A stretch of 64,000 nt of DNA from the human T2T-CHM13v2.0 reference genome, Homo sapiens. Under the pieces are notes generated by a model. The model saw only the letters and a list, made by a program, of their open reading frames with translations, searched no databases and was not told the DNA's origin. Below are positions 26,830 to 39,580 of this stretch, piece by piece. Positions within the stretch are counted from its first letter, which is position 1. Each line of letters starts with the position of its first letter. Both the position numbers and the translations under genes were made by a program. The stretch lies in the NCBI RefSeq assembly GCF_009914755.1, contig NC_060931.1; one strand, written 5' to 3'.

Positions 26830-27860
26830 TCCTGAAGCCTGCATATCATCAAGGCTAAGCCATGAGGCTTAGTGTCCCAGGGAAGAAAGGGCAAGTCCCG
26901 TCTAGGGTAGGGAAAGAAAGCAGAAGGAAATGACGTAAGGGTGAGTTCCCACCAGGGAGAATGAGGAATCTGAAGCCCTTCCAGGAGAAGTGGTGGTAAT
27001 AGAGAGAGATTTGCAGAGAAGGAGGCAAAGAGAAGACGCTACCTGAGTCTCTCAGAGACTAAGCACTGCCTCCACCTTGGGCCTTACACTGGCCAGAAGA
27101 ACATAATCCAAAATAAGAGAGAAGCTGAAAGTGAATGGGGCTTGTGCCACTTCTCTGAAACTGTGGAACAAGACCATCTCACAGGGTATTCCTTTGTCAA
27201 GATGTGACACAAAGTGTTCCATGTCTCTCCCAGTTCCTTTGTAGAATGAAGGGGATTCAGATGGTCCAGTGGGCTCTCCCACTGAGTGACACAGAAGCTA
27301 GTTGACCACTGAGGGCCAAGAGAACTGCCATATGGCTGGCAAGGCTAGTGTGAAAGTGATCCGTAGCAGAGACCACAGAATGGACATTCCAGGCCAGAAT
27401 TGGATGGAGAATATGGAAGAGGATTAGAGCATCTGCACAGCCAGCAAGGGTCAATGTGGAGCTCAATCAGCGAAAAGAAGCCTACCAGCTCCTGATCAGG
27501 CCAAAGGATAGGCCATGAGTTATGTCAGCTGCAGCCTTCAACAGCAGATGCCAGCAGGATGCCTGGAAATGAGATGATTAATTCACAATTCTGAGGAGGT
27601 CAGCATGAACACAGACAACAGCACAAGGACCATCACCTGAACCAGCCATCCTCCCCTACTGCCATGAGGATGGGTAAACCTTCCCTATGCCTCTAGAGAA
27701 AGGATAAGAGAAAGGCTTTCAAAGAAGAGAAACAGCTCCTCCCCACACACACAGCCCTCATGAAAATGGGGCCTTGAGACTAAGATGAGAGTAGTTAGAG
27801 AAAATAAAAGCAAACTACCTTTTTCTTTTTGCATATTTGAGAGATTCTATGTACCTCTCT
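26830..27860 (+). mobile_element. Possible ancient LTR (LTR78-like)
   Basis: 3' end AATAAAAGCAAACTACCTTTTTCTTTTTGCATATTTGAGAGATTCTATG resembles the recalled LTR78 terminus. Confidence 0.35.
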
Positions 27861-28008
27861 ACTCCGCTTCAATAGTTATTATTATGGTCCTCATTGTATA
27901 TGGGAAGTCTGAACATGCAAAAAAAGATTATAGTACAATCTAAATACAGTAACTGAGCTATACACAATATACATAGAGCCCATAGAAAAGGCAGAAATTA
28001 GCTACATA

Positions 28009-28820
28009 TATTAGTTTTATATTGCTGTATAACAATATTACCACAAACTTAGCAGGTTAAACCAATACAGTTTTACTTATCCACAGTTTTACTTTCCATG
28101 GTTTCAGTTACTCATAGTCAACTGTGGTTCAAAAATATTAAATGGAATATTTCAGAAATAATTCATAAGTTTTAAATTATGCATCATGCTGAATAGCATA
28201 ATGAAATCTTGCACCATGCCGCTGCCTCCTGCCCAGGACATGCATCATTCCTTTTTCCAGTGTATCCACACCATATATACTTCCCATCTGCTAGGCACTT
28301 AGTAGCTGTCTCGGTTATCAGGTCAAAAAAGCATAGTATATGCGGGGTACAGTACTATCCACAGTTGCAGGTACCCACGGGGAGTAGGTATCCACGGGGG
28401 GTAGGTATCCATGTAGCTGGGTCCTCTGTAAGGCTTCAATCAAGGTATTGGCCAGGGCTGGGTCCTTATCTGAAGGCTTAACTGTGGAAGAATCTGCTTC
28501 TAAGCTTACAAGGTTGTTGGATGCATTTAATTCCTTGTTGGTGGTGGACTGAGAGCCTCAGTTTCTTCTTGCTGGTGTCAAGTTCCCTGCCACGTGGGCC
28601 TCCCCAACATGACTGCTTGCTCATCAAAGCCAGCAAGGGAGTTCCTCAGCAAGATAGATATTAGAGTCTTATGTAATGTAACCATGGAAGTGATATCTCC
28701 TTTGCCATGTTTTATTAATGTGAAGCAAGTCACACATGCTGCTTACACTTAAGGGGAGGAGATGAAGGGTGAATGCCAGGAGACAGGGTCATGGGAGTGC
28801 CTTAGAGACTGTCCACTATA
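28009..28820 (-). mobile_element. MLT1-family LTR interrupted by MER44
   Basis: TATTAGTTTTATATTGCTGTATAACAATATTACCACAAACTTAGCAGGTTAAA ... GGAAGAATCTGCTTCTAAGCTTAC. Confidence 0.7.
28068..28400 (+). mobile_element. MER44A-like (TcMar-Tigger7 derivative)
   Basis: CTTATCCACAGTTTTACTTTCCATGGTTTCAGTTACTC ... CACTTAGTAGCTGTCTCGGTTATCAG; starts at a TA site. Confidence 0.8.
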
Positions 28821-30664
28821 CTAGGCAAGGTGGGTGGCTGGGGAAGACATGCCAGATGTGACTTCTCAGAGGAGACACAATCTGAGCTGGCTTTTGAAGA
28901 AGGTTAAGAGCCCCAGAATTGCTTGGCAGCCCCAGAACCTAGTCAATGTTTAGCGTTATAGGAGGAAAGAACAAATGTTTGTGAATGACAGTATTGACAT
29001 CGGGAGAAAAGTCTGGTCACCCTTATAGGAAAGAAGATTGTATTTTACATGAGGCAAAAACAAGAAAAATAATTGTCAAATCTCATCTCAATAGCAATAA
29101 GTAACATTAAAGCCCTTCTAGCAATATTAAAATGGGAGAGGTCACTGCATTAATGTCTCAGCAAGCCTCACCAGGAAAGCGTAATGAACATCAAGGGCAC
29201 TGAAACGACAGGAGATGATCTAATGCAGGAAGCTCCCCAAATACTATATTTATACAAATGATAAATAGGTTTCAAGAAAGGAGAAACCAACTAATGTTGA
29301 TGACTAGGGAAATAAATAATATTAGAACTTTACACTGCAGTAGCATCTTTCATCTGGGATCCTAAAAAGCTTTAAGAGTAATTAAATTTGGGTGCTGCAT
29401 CAAAGTAGACCCATTTTTAAAACAAAAATATGGATTTTATGCCCTTCAGCAGATGTAGCACTGAATAGTCTCACAGATAATGAAACAAAACCTGGAGATT
29501 ATTTTCTCTTGAAGAATGTTTTATCATTGTTTCCAAGGTTCTAAATTTGTAACTAGCTGAGTCTTACGGAAATGCAGGGTGGAGCCACATTTCTTTCTAT
29601 ATATTGGAAAAGAGGCAGCAGTTTCAGCCCAGGTGGAGTGTGTGGGGATTGGGGGTTAGAAGCAGTCCCCATGGAAAACCCACCTAGGGAACAGGAAGCA
29701 AACATTGGGTCGCCCTTGACATATGAAAAAATGACATGACATTTGGAAAGCATCCATCTGTGTCAAACTCTGTTCTGGTTTTCAAGTATCATTGTTGGAG
29801 TGCCTCTGAGTCTCAAAAGCCTTCTGTGTTTCACATTGTTTCCGTGTCAGAGACAAGTCCATGTTTAGTTACTTGGGAGCAAGCCTCCATTCCTGGTTGG
29901 TGGTCTCAGTATGCTACCAGATCTTGCCATCTTACCATTTGAAGCTCCTGTGACCATGTTGAACCCACTCGCAACCTGGGTGTGTCTGTGGGAAGCCTGC
30001 ATCTCACAGGGACATTAACACCCCTGCTGGGAGACTTAGCGATTCAGACAGGAAGTTTCATCCTCAAAATCAAGTCTCATATGCACCCTTCCATGTTCCA
30101 CTGTGCCTTCAAGATGTGTGAATCAGCTTGCTGCTTCGGCAGCAGAACGTGGAGACAGCTTTCCACCCCCGGTTTTCCACGGGGCAATACACGGACCATC
30201 GTGTGAGCTGGCGGTGCAGAAGCATAAAGCTCCTTGGCCATCATTCCGTTCACAATCATTCCGTTCACAACAGGGCCATGCTGCATCTGGGGAAAGGCCG
30301 GTGATCATGTGAGCATGAGTGGTCATGGTCTATAAGGAGGATACAAAAGAATCTCGGAAATAGACACCATTTATTCACCAGCTCCTACTAGAAGAAATAA
30401 GTTTTGAGCCCTTCAACTAAAATAATGTGAAGAAATATTCCTGAAGTTAGATAGGCAGAGGATTAGGAATGTGGGAAGATGCTTGACTGAAGGTTCAACC
30501 GATCTCCTGTGTTTAATTTATTAATATGGAGTTCTAGCTGGGCATCTGATACTCAAAGACAAGGGAACAAAGCTTCACAGCCTGTTACAGCTTTGGACTT
30601 GGCCCAGGCTCATGCCCATCTCCAAAGCGGTCAAGTCCTATTTGTCCTATAAGAAGCACCTGCT

Positions 30665-30992
<328 letters not shown>

Positions 30993-31391
30993 CTATGAGT
31001 CATCCACCCTCCCCAAACTCCTCACCATTTATACATGCCTCCCTCGAGACCCTCATCCCTGTGTCCATTCAATTTTAGCAGTTTATGTACACGTCATATC
31101 CTCTTTTCAATCAGAAGTAACTCGAGGGCCCTCGCATTTTGGCTCGTATATACTAAGTACTCAGTAAACACCTTGGAAAATGAGTGAATGGCTGTTTAAT
31201 ACCTATTAAAATACAGAGACCAAACGTACACTCGCCCCTCCGGATCTCACTTGGGGAGCAGTGCCTTTGTGCTCAGGAGGGCTGCCATGTTCCTAAATAC
31301 TTCGGAATACACAGAATTCTGGTATGCTTTCTAGAGACCAGATATACCCAAGCTTCAGCCCAATTTCAGTTTTTAAAAACAGGATCAAGAG

Positions 31392-31701
31392 GGCCAGATG
31401 TGGTGGCGCATGCCTGTGATCCCAGCATTTTGAGAGGCCTTGGAGGGCAGATCACCTGAGGTCAGGAGTTCGAAACCAGCCTGTCCAAAATGGTGAAACC
31501 CCATCTCTACTAAAAATACAAAAATTAGCTGGGTGTGGTGGTGCACACCTGTAATCACAGCTACTCAAGAGGCTGAGGCACAAGAGTGGCTTCAACCTGG
31601 GAGGCAGAGGTTGCATTGAGCTGAGATTTTACCACTGAACTCCAGCCTGGGTGACAGAGTGAGACTCTGTTTCAAAAAAAAAAAAAAAACAAAACAAAAC
31701 A
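31392..31701 (+). mobile_element. AluS
   Basis: TSD AAAAACAGGATCAAGA at 31375 and 31702. Confidence 0.9.
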
Positions 31702-31810
31702 AAAAACAGGATCAAGATTTACGCCTTCCTGAAGAAGTTGAGTCTGGGGTCACAGTCATTAGTATCATGCTTCATAATGACCTTAAGCCTCTTTCAAGTG
31801 TGTGATATTC

Positions 31811-31904
31811 TATTAGGTTGATGCAAAAGTAATTGCGGTTTTTGCCATTCTTTTTTTTTTAAAAAAAAGGCAAAAACCGCAATTACTTTTGCATCAACCT
31901 AATA
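31811..31904. mobile_element. MADE1 (Hsmar1-derived MITE), near-perfect palindrome
   Basis: TATTAGGTTGATGCAAAAGTAATTGCGGTTTTTGCC ... GGCAAAAACCGCAATTACTTTTGCATCAACCTAATA; TA target sites. Confidence 0.95.
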
Positions 31905-33410
31905 TATGCACAGTTTCATAAGCTCTCTGAGGGCAGGACTTCTGTCTATTCTGTTGATGTTATTGTTACCCACACACACTACCTTGTAAGGAAGTCTGCC
32001 CACACTGGGCAAACATTAACTATTGACTAAGCGTATCATTTTATTTTAACACAATTAGGAAGCCCTGCATTCCAAGGAACCCCTTTAGCCAAAAGCTGCT
32101 GAGTTAGGTCACCAGACTCAGCACACACCTTTTCTAATCTGCTTCTTCAGTCCCTATGAGCCATACAATGCATTCTCTCCTGCCTAGAGTTGGCAATTTC
32201 AATTATTTCTTTTCCAGAAAGAAATAAAAGTGTCTGGACTGAAATAGATTTCCCTGTTTGGAAACTAATGCAGTGAGGGGTCTATTTGTTACAAACACTG
32301 ATAGGCAGCCTTCTCCACAGAGGTGAGCCGTCCTTTCCCATGGGCTCCTCTTTGCTCCTTCCTCTACAGGAATCCATCTACTCTGGTTCATGTACAGAAG
32401 GTTACTGTGGTTTTTCCAGGAAACTGCTGCCTGATGAGGGAGGCAAATTTTCTGTGTACAAATTTGAGGACCATTTGTGCAGAAACAGACATAAGTAACA
32501 GAATATAAGCCATATTAATGTTTTTATGACTATACTTGGGCCTTCTCAACAATGGTTAAGTGTTGCCAAACTAGCTTTACTTAGTGTTGGCAGGACAGGA
32601 GCTGTAATATATAGTTCTTTTTGTCTTGGCAATAAGTCTGGCACTCCTGCCAGAATCTACTCTAAAGGAAATGAACCAGAGACAATAAGTCCATTCAAAT
32701 GCACTAGCGATTTCTTCCAGCAGGGATTTTTCAATTTCTAAGTTGATACAAATTTTAAAACCACCTATTTTAAGTAGGGAGTGGGAGTTTTATTTTCCAA
32801 AAGAAGATGTTATATTTACCAATGTATTTCTGACATCTGTCCGCAACAAGAAATATTATAGTGCCAGGTAATTGAGAAGGTGTCAGAACAAAACAAACAT
32901 AAAACAAACAAAAACAGAGAGAGATGTATTCCTTTCAAAAGGATGTAAACACAAAATATAATTGATGGGCTTCATTCAGTCAGCCGTTTAATTTGCGGTG
33001 TTTAAGTACTTACATAAAATGACATTACTGCTGTGCTATTGTCTCGCTGGTTCCATGCATTTTATTTATGACCATGTGTCTTTGTGAGTGAATAAAAAAA
33101 TGTGGAGTTGCTAGCAGCAAACCTTACACATTTCAAAACCCAAAACCAAGAAATCCTTGAAGGACCACCTATAAAAAAAAACTTTGTTAACACAAGGTTC
33201 AATATTTGCCTGGGTTGGCACAATCCTACTTGGAGGGGAAAAAGGAGGCGGATTTTTCTGGCTTTAGGAGGCGGGATTTCAGGTAAACCACTGTGAAGGT
33301 GCCTGTCTACGCCTCTGAATTCTAGAGCCTAGAGCCCCCTGCTGGCTGAAGGAGGAAGAGACCTGAATGGACCCGATGGCCATCATTTCAAACTCCTCAT
33401 TTTCCCCCCA

Positions 33411-34320
33411 GGTCATTCATTCATGCAGCAAATATTCGTTGAGGCTTGCTCTGTGCCAGGCACTGTTCTAGGCTCTGGGGATAATCTGTTCAACAAAACA
33501 TACAGGTCTTTGCCTTACTGGAGTTTACACTGCAAAAAAAGAATTCAAATGGCCGGACGCGGTGGCTCACACCTGTAATCCCAACACTTTGGGAGGCCGA
33601 GGCGGACGGATCACCTGGGGTCAGGAGCTCGAGACCAGACTGGCTAGCATTGCAAAACCCCATCTCTACTAAAAATACAAAAAATTAGCCGGGCGTGATG
33701 GTGCACACCTTTAGTCCCAGCTACACGGGAGGCTGAGGCAGGAGAGTCACTTGAACCCCAGGAGGCAGAGGTTGCAGTAAGCCAAGATCACGCCATTGCA
33801 CCCTGGGCGACACAGCAAGACTTCATCTCAAAAAAAAAAAGGAAAAGAAAACCAAATAACCATAAACTATAATGTCACATAGAAATTGATACTAACAGAT
33901 AAACTATGAATCACAGCACAGCAGGGAGAGGAAGTAAAGAGTGATGGGAGGATGATGTATTTTTAGACAGAAGAACTGAATAAATAAAATGAAGAAGAGG
34001 GAGAAATTGGTAGGAGGGGCTTCCAGGAAAGGGGCGGAGCGAGTGTGAGAGCTGGGCGGGGGTCAGGGAGTGCACGGAGCAGTTAGCAGTGCAGAAGGCC
34101 CCGGTAGCTGAGCGATGAACCGAAACTTAAAAATGAGCTGAGCCCAATGATGCGGAGCCTTACATGGTAAGAATTTTGGATTTTACAGTAATCCACGGAG
34201 AGGCTTGAACAGAGAATTAACTAAATTTGCTTTCCATTCTAAATAGACCATTCTGTGTGCAACAAGAACTAACTGCGAGTGTGAAATCTGAGAGGCCCAT
34301 TTTGGAGGCTACTGCCATCA
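33411..34320 (-). mobile_element. L2 3' region interrupted by an AluS (33551-33850)
   Basis: TCATTCATTCATGCAGCAAATATTCGTTGAG ... TGTGCCAGGCACTGTTCTAGG. Confidence 0.7.
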
Positions 34321-34569
34321 TATTTCAAACAATTCAATCAATGAATTTCACCAAACTGAAATTCCTGCTGTTTACAACAAGGTTCAGAGAAGAATAAAAT
34401 ATCTTGGTCTCTGCCCTCAGAGAGCTTTCAATCAACTTGGGAAAATAAGATAGGCACACTTCAAATTAAACTTACGAGAGACAGTGAAGGATTGTTCTGG
34501 CTTGTACACAAGAGCAATAATAATGAAGATGAAAAAGGTGGTGTCACCAGCAGCCAAGCACCAGCTTGA

Positions 34570-34800
34570 GGCAGTTTAGCTTCATGGTTAAGAGCACAAG
34601 CGCTAGAGCCAGGCTGCTGGGGTTCAGAATTCTGGTGTCATTTACTAGCTGTGTGACCTCTGGCATGTGCCTTGGTTTTCTCTGTGCCTCAGTTTTATGA
34701 CCTGTAGAATGGATCTAATAATAGGACCTTCCTTATAGGGTTGGTATGAGGAATAAATGTGTGTCAATGTTGTGTAGAAGGTGTTTACATCAGTGTTAGG
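34570..34800 (+). mobile_element. MIR
   Basis: TGGTTAAGAGCAC ... CTAGCTGTGTGACCTCTGGC ... CTCTGTGCCTCAGTTTT. Confidence 0.8.
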
Positions 34801-35280
34801 TAATTTACCAAAACTACTCAAAAGGAAGAAATGTCTCCGAAATCATTATTACTGCAGTAGGTCAGATGTGGTGTGATAGTGACTTACATATCAGTTGTGG
34901 AAACAAAATAAAAGGGGCAGTATTTCTGGAAGGTTAACTTAGAAGGTTTGATGACAACAAGATGGTAAATGAAGCATACAAAGGGGTTCAAGATGAACAT
35001 GAGATCTCAAGCGTAATGATTAGGAAAACAGTAGAAAGGAGAGAAAAAGAGAATTCAGGATGGGAAATTGGTTTGAGAGGCAGGGCAGGTTGGATTTCAG
35101 GCATACTGAGTTTGAAGTGGACAAGTGATTAGAAATGTCAGACTAGGGCTCAGAAGAGAGATCAAGGGTATCCTTATGGATTGGAACCTCTTCCTTTGGG
35201 GGCTATCTTTGAAGCCATGGAGATGACAGATAACTAAGACAGAAGTGGCTGAAAAAAAAGAGCTCTAAGAATGAAATTTA

Positions 35281-35651
<371 letters not shown>

Positions 35652-35743
35652 AAAAGAGGCCAAAGAGAGGAAAGCATCAGAAAATCAGGAAGAGACATGT
35701 TATTTTAGCAAAAATATTGAGAAAGATGGAAAAGCCACTGTCA

Positions 35744-36157
<414 letters not shown>

Positions 36158-36185
36158 CTAAGGGTCTCTGCTAAATGTTTGTCAT

Positions 36186-36587
36186 GAATGCTGTGCTGTG
36201 CCACCCAGATTTCTCCATCAGGACCCAAGGTGCTGTCTCCCCGGGGAGGGTTGTAAGCTGACAGCTCCCAGCGGCTCGGCTGAGGAAAGCCATCTTGCCC
36301 AAGGTCGTGCCCGCATCCTGGGGCAGCCTGCAGCAATGGCTGGTTGACTTCGGGGTATAAAAGCCCAGTTTCTTCCCAAAAAGGGACAACTCAAAAGGGC
36401 CATTCCAGGTTTCGAGCCATGGAGTCAGCTAGGGCTGAGTCACAACACACTGTGACTGCACTGCCGCCAGCCTCCCCTTCCCCACACAGCGTTGACGCCA
36501 GTGAGAAGAAAAGACCCCCAGGACACTTTAAGCAGCAATGCCAATCTCTGAGTCGGGATCTGCTTCCCCAGGAACCCAGAGGCCACA
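36186..36587 (+). mobile_element. LTR16-family solo LTR (ERVL)
   Basis: GCCATCTTGCCCAAGGTC ... GGGGCAGCCTGCA ... GGGGTATAAAAGCCCAG ... GGGACAACTC ... TCTGCTTCCCCAGGAACCC. Confidence 0.75.
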
Positions 36588-36670
36588 ATGTATTAGAAAA
36601 TTCAATAAAAATAAAAATGATAACATCAGGGAAGAGTTTTGGCACAAAGAGATCAATATAGCATTTAACA

Positions 36671-37050
36671 GGCCAGGTGCAGTGGTTCATGCTTGTCATC
36701 CTAGCAATTTGGGAGGCTGAGGCACGTGGATCACTTGAGTTCAGAAGTTCAAGACCAGCCTGGCCAACATGGTGAAACCCCCATCTCTACTAAATTACAA
36801 AAATTAGCCAGGAGTGGTGGTGCATGCCTGTAATCCTAGCTACTTGGGAGACTGAGGCACAAGGATCACTTGAACCCAGGAGGCAAAGGTTACGGTGAGC
36901 TGAGATCGCCCACTGCACTCCAGCCTGGGCAACAGAGCAACACTGTGGAAAAAAAAAAGAAAGAAAGAAAGAGAGAAAGAGAGAGAGGGAGAGAGGGAGG
37001 GAGGGAGGGAGGAAGGGAGGAAGGAGGGAAGGGAGAAAGAAAACACAAAG
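36671..37050 (+). mobile_element. Alu with tail expanded into a (GAAA/GA/GGA)n purine tract
   Basis: TSD ATAG(C/T)ATTTAACA at about 36658 and 37053. Confidence 0.88.
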
Positions 37051-38259
37051 AAATAGTATTTAACAGATAAATAAAAATAGTTCCTTAGAAATAGAAATTC
37101 TGAAATTGAAAGGGTCAAATTGAGGGAAGTGAATAGGAATGGGCTTTTCTCCAGGACCCCAAACCTATCAGACTTGCAAAAAATGAGATGGTGCCATTTA
37201 CCTTTGGTGAAAATAGAGTGCTGGGTTTCCTAACCCGATTGATGGTGCTGTCACCGTATAACCTCACAATCTCTTTTAATCTCTGCACTCTTGTCACTTT
37301 GCTGCCATCTGGAGAGAGGATTAATTTGATTTGTCCCCCAAGGAGATTAATGTATCTGATTGGATTCCAGCACACGGAGGGATACCATTCTCTAACCCAT
37401 CAGCACTGTCCATGGCCAGGGTGCAAAAGCCCATCCCACTTCTCCCAAGAAAGAAGCAGCTCTGAGGATCCCGAGACACTGTGGAGATGATGCTTGCAAA
37501 GTTCACTTTCACATTGCGCTGTCTTTCTAGCCTTCCCAGTGTTGAAATATCTCTCCATACGCCCAGTGGACCTTCCCATAGCCTATGGGGGTGGGGCAGG
37601 GGAAATTCACTGCTTAAGAAAAAGAATGTTCTTTCATGCAACCAAATGTACTATCCAACCCCTCAGATGCTTGGAAAGGCAGGGATCATGCCTGTTTGTT
37701 TACCTCTGTACCCCAAGAAACCAGCAAAGTGCCTGAACACACAGAAAGTGCTTGATTGTTGAATAAATGATCTAAAAACTGGTGCTAGGTGGATCACGAA
37801 TGAAGTAAAAGAAACAATCAGTAAATATAAATGATAAAGATGGCTAGAGACAGTTTGGCTCTGTGTAAATTATGACTAAGTTGGAGTCCTCTTCCGGTCA
37901 CCTCAGTGAATGTCTCAGTGATCCAGTTGCCCATGGTAGATACTTAAGAAAAGCTCTTTGGACTGAATTAAACTACAATAAAACCTCATTGGTGGAAGCC
38001 CAAATAAAAAAGCATATTCATTGGTGCAAATACTTCAGAAGAAGGGACATTATTCATTATTCAGCACAAGGATATGAGAGTGACGAGGAAGAGAAAGACA
38101 GGGACAATTTTTAACAATGAGAAGAAAGGAATCCAAAGGTGGGGAGTCTAAGGAAAATGATCGATTATCCACATTAATGGAACTATTCGGTTTAAAGCTT
38201 CAAGAATTGGCCTGAGGGACCACCATGAAATTTGCTATCTCAATTAATCCTTGCAAAGT

Positions 38260-38500
38260 GAAAATAATACATGTTAGCTGTTCTCACCATTCTAAGGACT
38301 TTACATGTATCCTCATTTGATCCTCTCAAGAACTCTGTGTGTTAAGTTTGCCAGTACTGCCATCCCCATTTTACAGATGAGGAAACTGAGGTCTAGAGAA
38401 CTTAAGTGACTTGCCCAAGGTGGCACAGCTGGTAAGTGCAGCCATGGGTCTTCGAACCTGGACAGTCTGACTCCAAGGCCATGCTCTTAACCTGTTCACT
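38260..38500 (-). mobile_element. MIR (near full length)
   Basis: CCCCATTTTACAGATGAGGAAACTGAGG ... AAGTGACTTGCCCAAGG ... CAGTCTGACTCCA. Confidence 0.85.
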
Positions 38501-38525
38501 GTATCACCTCCTGCAAGGACAAACA

Positions 38526-38563
38526 TTCCACCTTCTTTTCCCCTCTTCAACCCACAGGTAAGT
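38526..38563 (+). promoter_or_regulatory. Juxtaposed 3' and 5' splice-site motif (recursive-splice-like)
   Basis: TTCCACCTTCTTTTCCCCTCTTCAACCCACAG|GTAAGT; motif only, use not shown. Confidence 0.4.
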
Positions 38564-39055
38564 TCTGTATTTCCTGGTTTTTAAACTCTAGAAAGAATGC
38601 TCTTGAAGAACAACCATATGACACTTTTTAAAGTGCAATTGATATTTAAGACTCTATCTCTACATTGAGATTCCTAAGAAATAGCATTTTTAATAATATA
38701 GATGTTTAAAACAAAACAATACAGAAAGTGGGCTGCATCTGAGGGTAATTTTTTTTTTTGTCTATTTTGTTCACAGCTAAATCCGTGGGCCTAGAATAGT
38801 GCCTAGCACATGGCAAGCTTTCAAAAATATTTGTCAAACTTGTGGTTGAACCAAAACAAGATATACAGAATCCCCTATATGGGTACTCCCACATAAACTT
38901 TATGGCACAATTGAGACTCCACCTCCAGGGCATGGTTTCTTGGGAGAACCCAAGTGGCTAAGTCTTGCCTTGTATTTGCCTTGTATTTTATATTAGAATC
39001 ATCCTGTGAGGTAATTAACGCAGTTTTATGATGCTTAATCAAAGACACACAACTT

Positions 39056-39445
39056 GGCCGGGTACGGTGGCTCACACCTGTAATCCCAGCACTTTGGGAG
39101 GCCGAGGTGGGTGGATCACTTGAGGTCAGGAGTTCAAAACCAACTTGGCCAACATGGTGAAACCCTGTCTCTAGTAAAAATGCAAAAAAAAAAAAAAAAA
39201 AAAAAAAAAATTAGCCAGGCATGGTAGCACACTCCTGTAATCCCACCTACTCAGGAGGCTGAGGCAGGAGAATCACTTGAACCCATGAGACAGAGGTTGC
39301 AGGTGAGCTGAGATCGTGCTACTGCACTCCAGCCTGGGCAACAGAGGGAGACTCTGTCTCAAAAAAGAAAGAAAGAAAAGAAAGAGAGAGAGATGGGGGG
39401 TGGGAAATTAAGGAAAGAAGGAAGGAAGGGAGGGAGGGAGGGAAG
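39056..39445 (+). mobile_element. AluS with A27 linker and purine-repeat tail
   Basis: Full dimer; A run 39184-39210. Confidence 0.9.
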
Positions 39446-39580
39446 GACACATACACAGCTTGCTAAAACATGTCTTCTAGCAAAGATGCAAGTATAGTAA
39501 AAGTTTTCTTAGCACAATGTGTCCAAGTCTGATGTGTCCAAATTTGAGTTGCTTCATTAATTACTTGACAACTTGACAAC

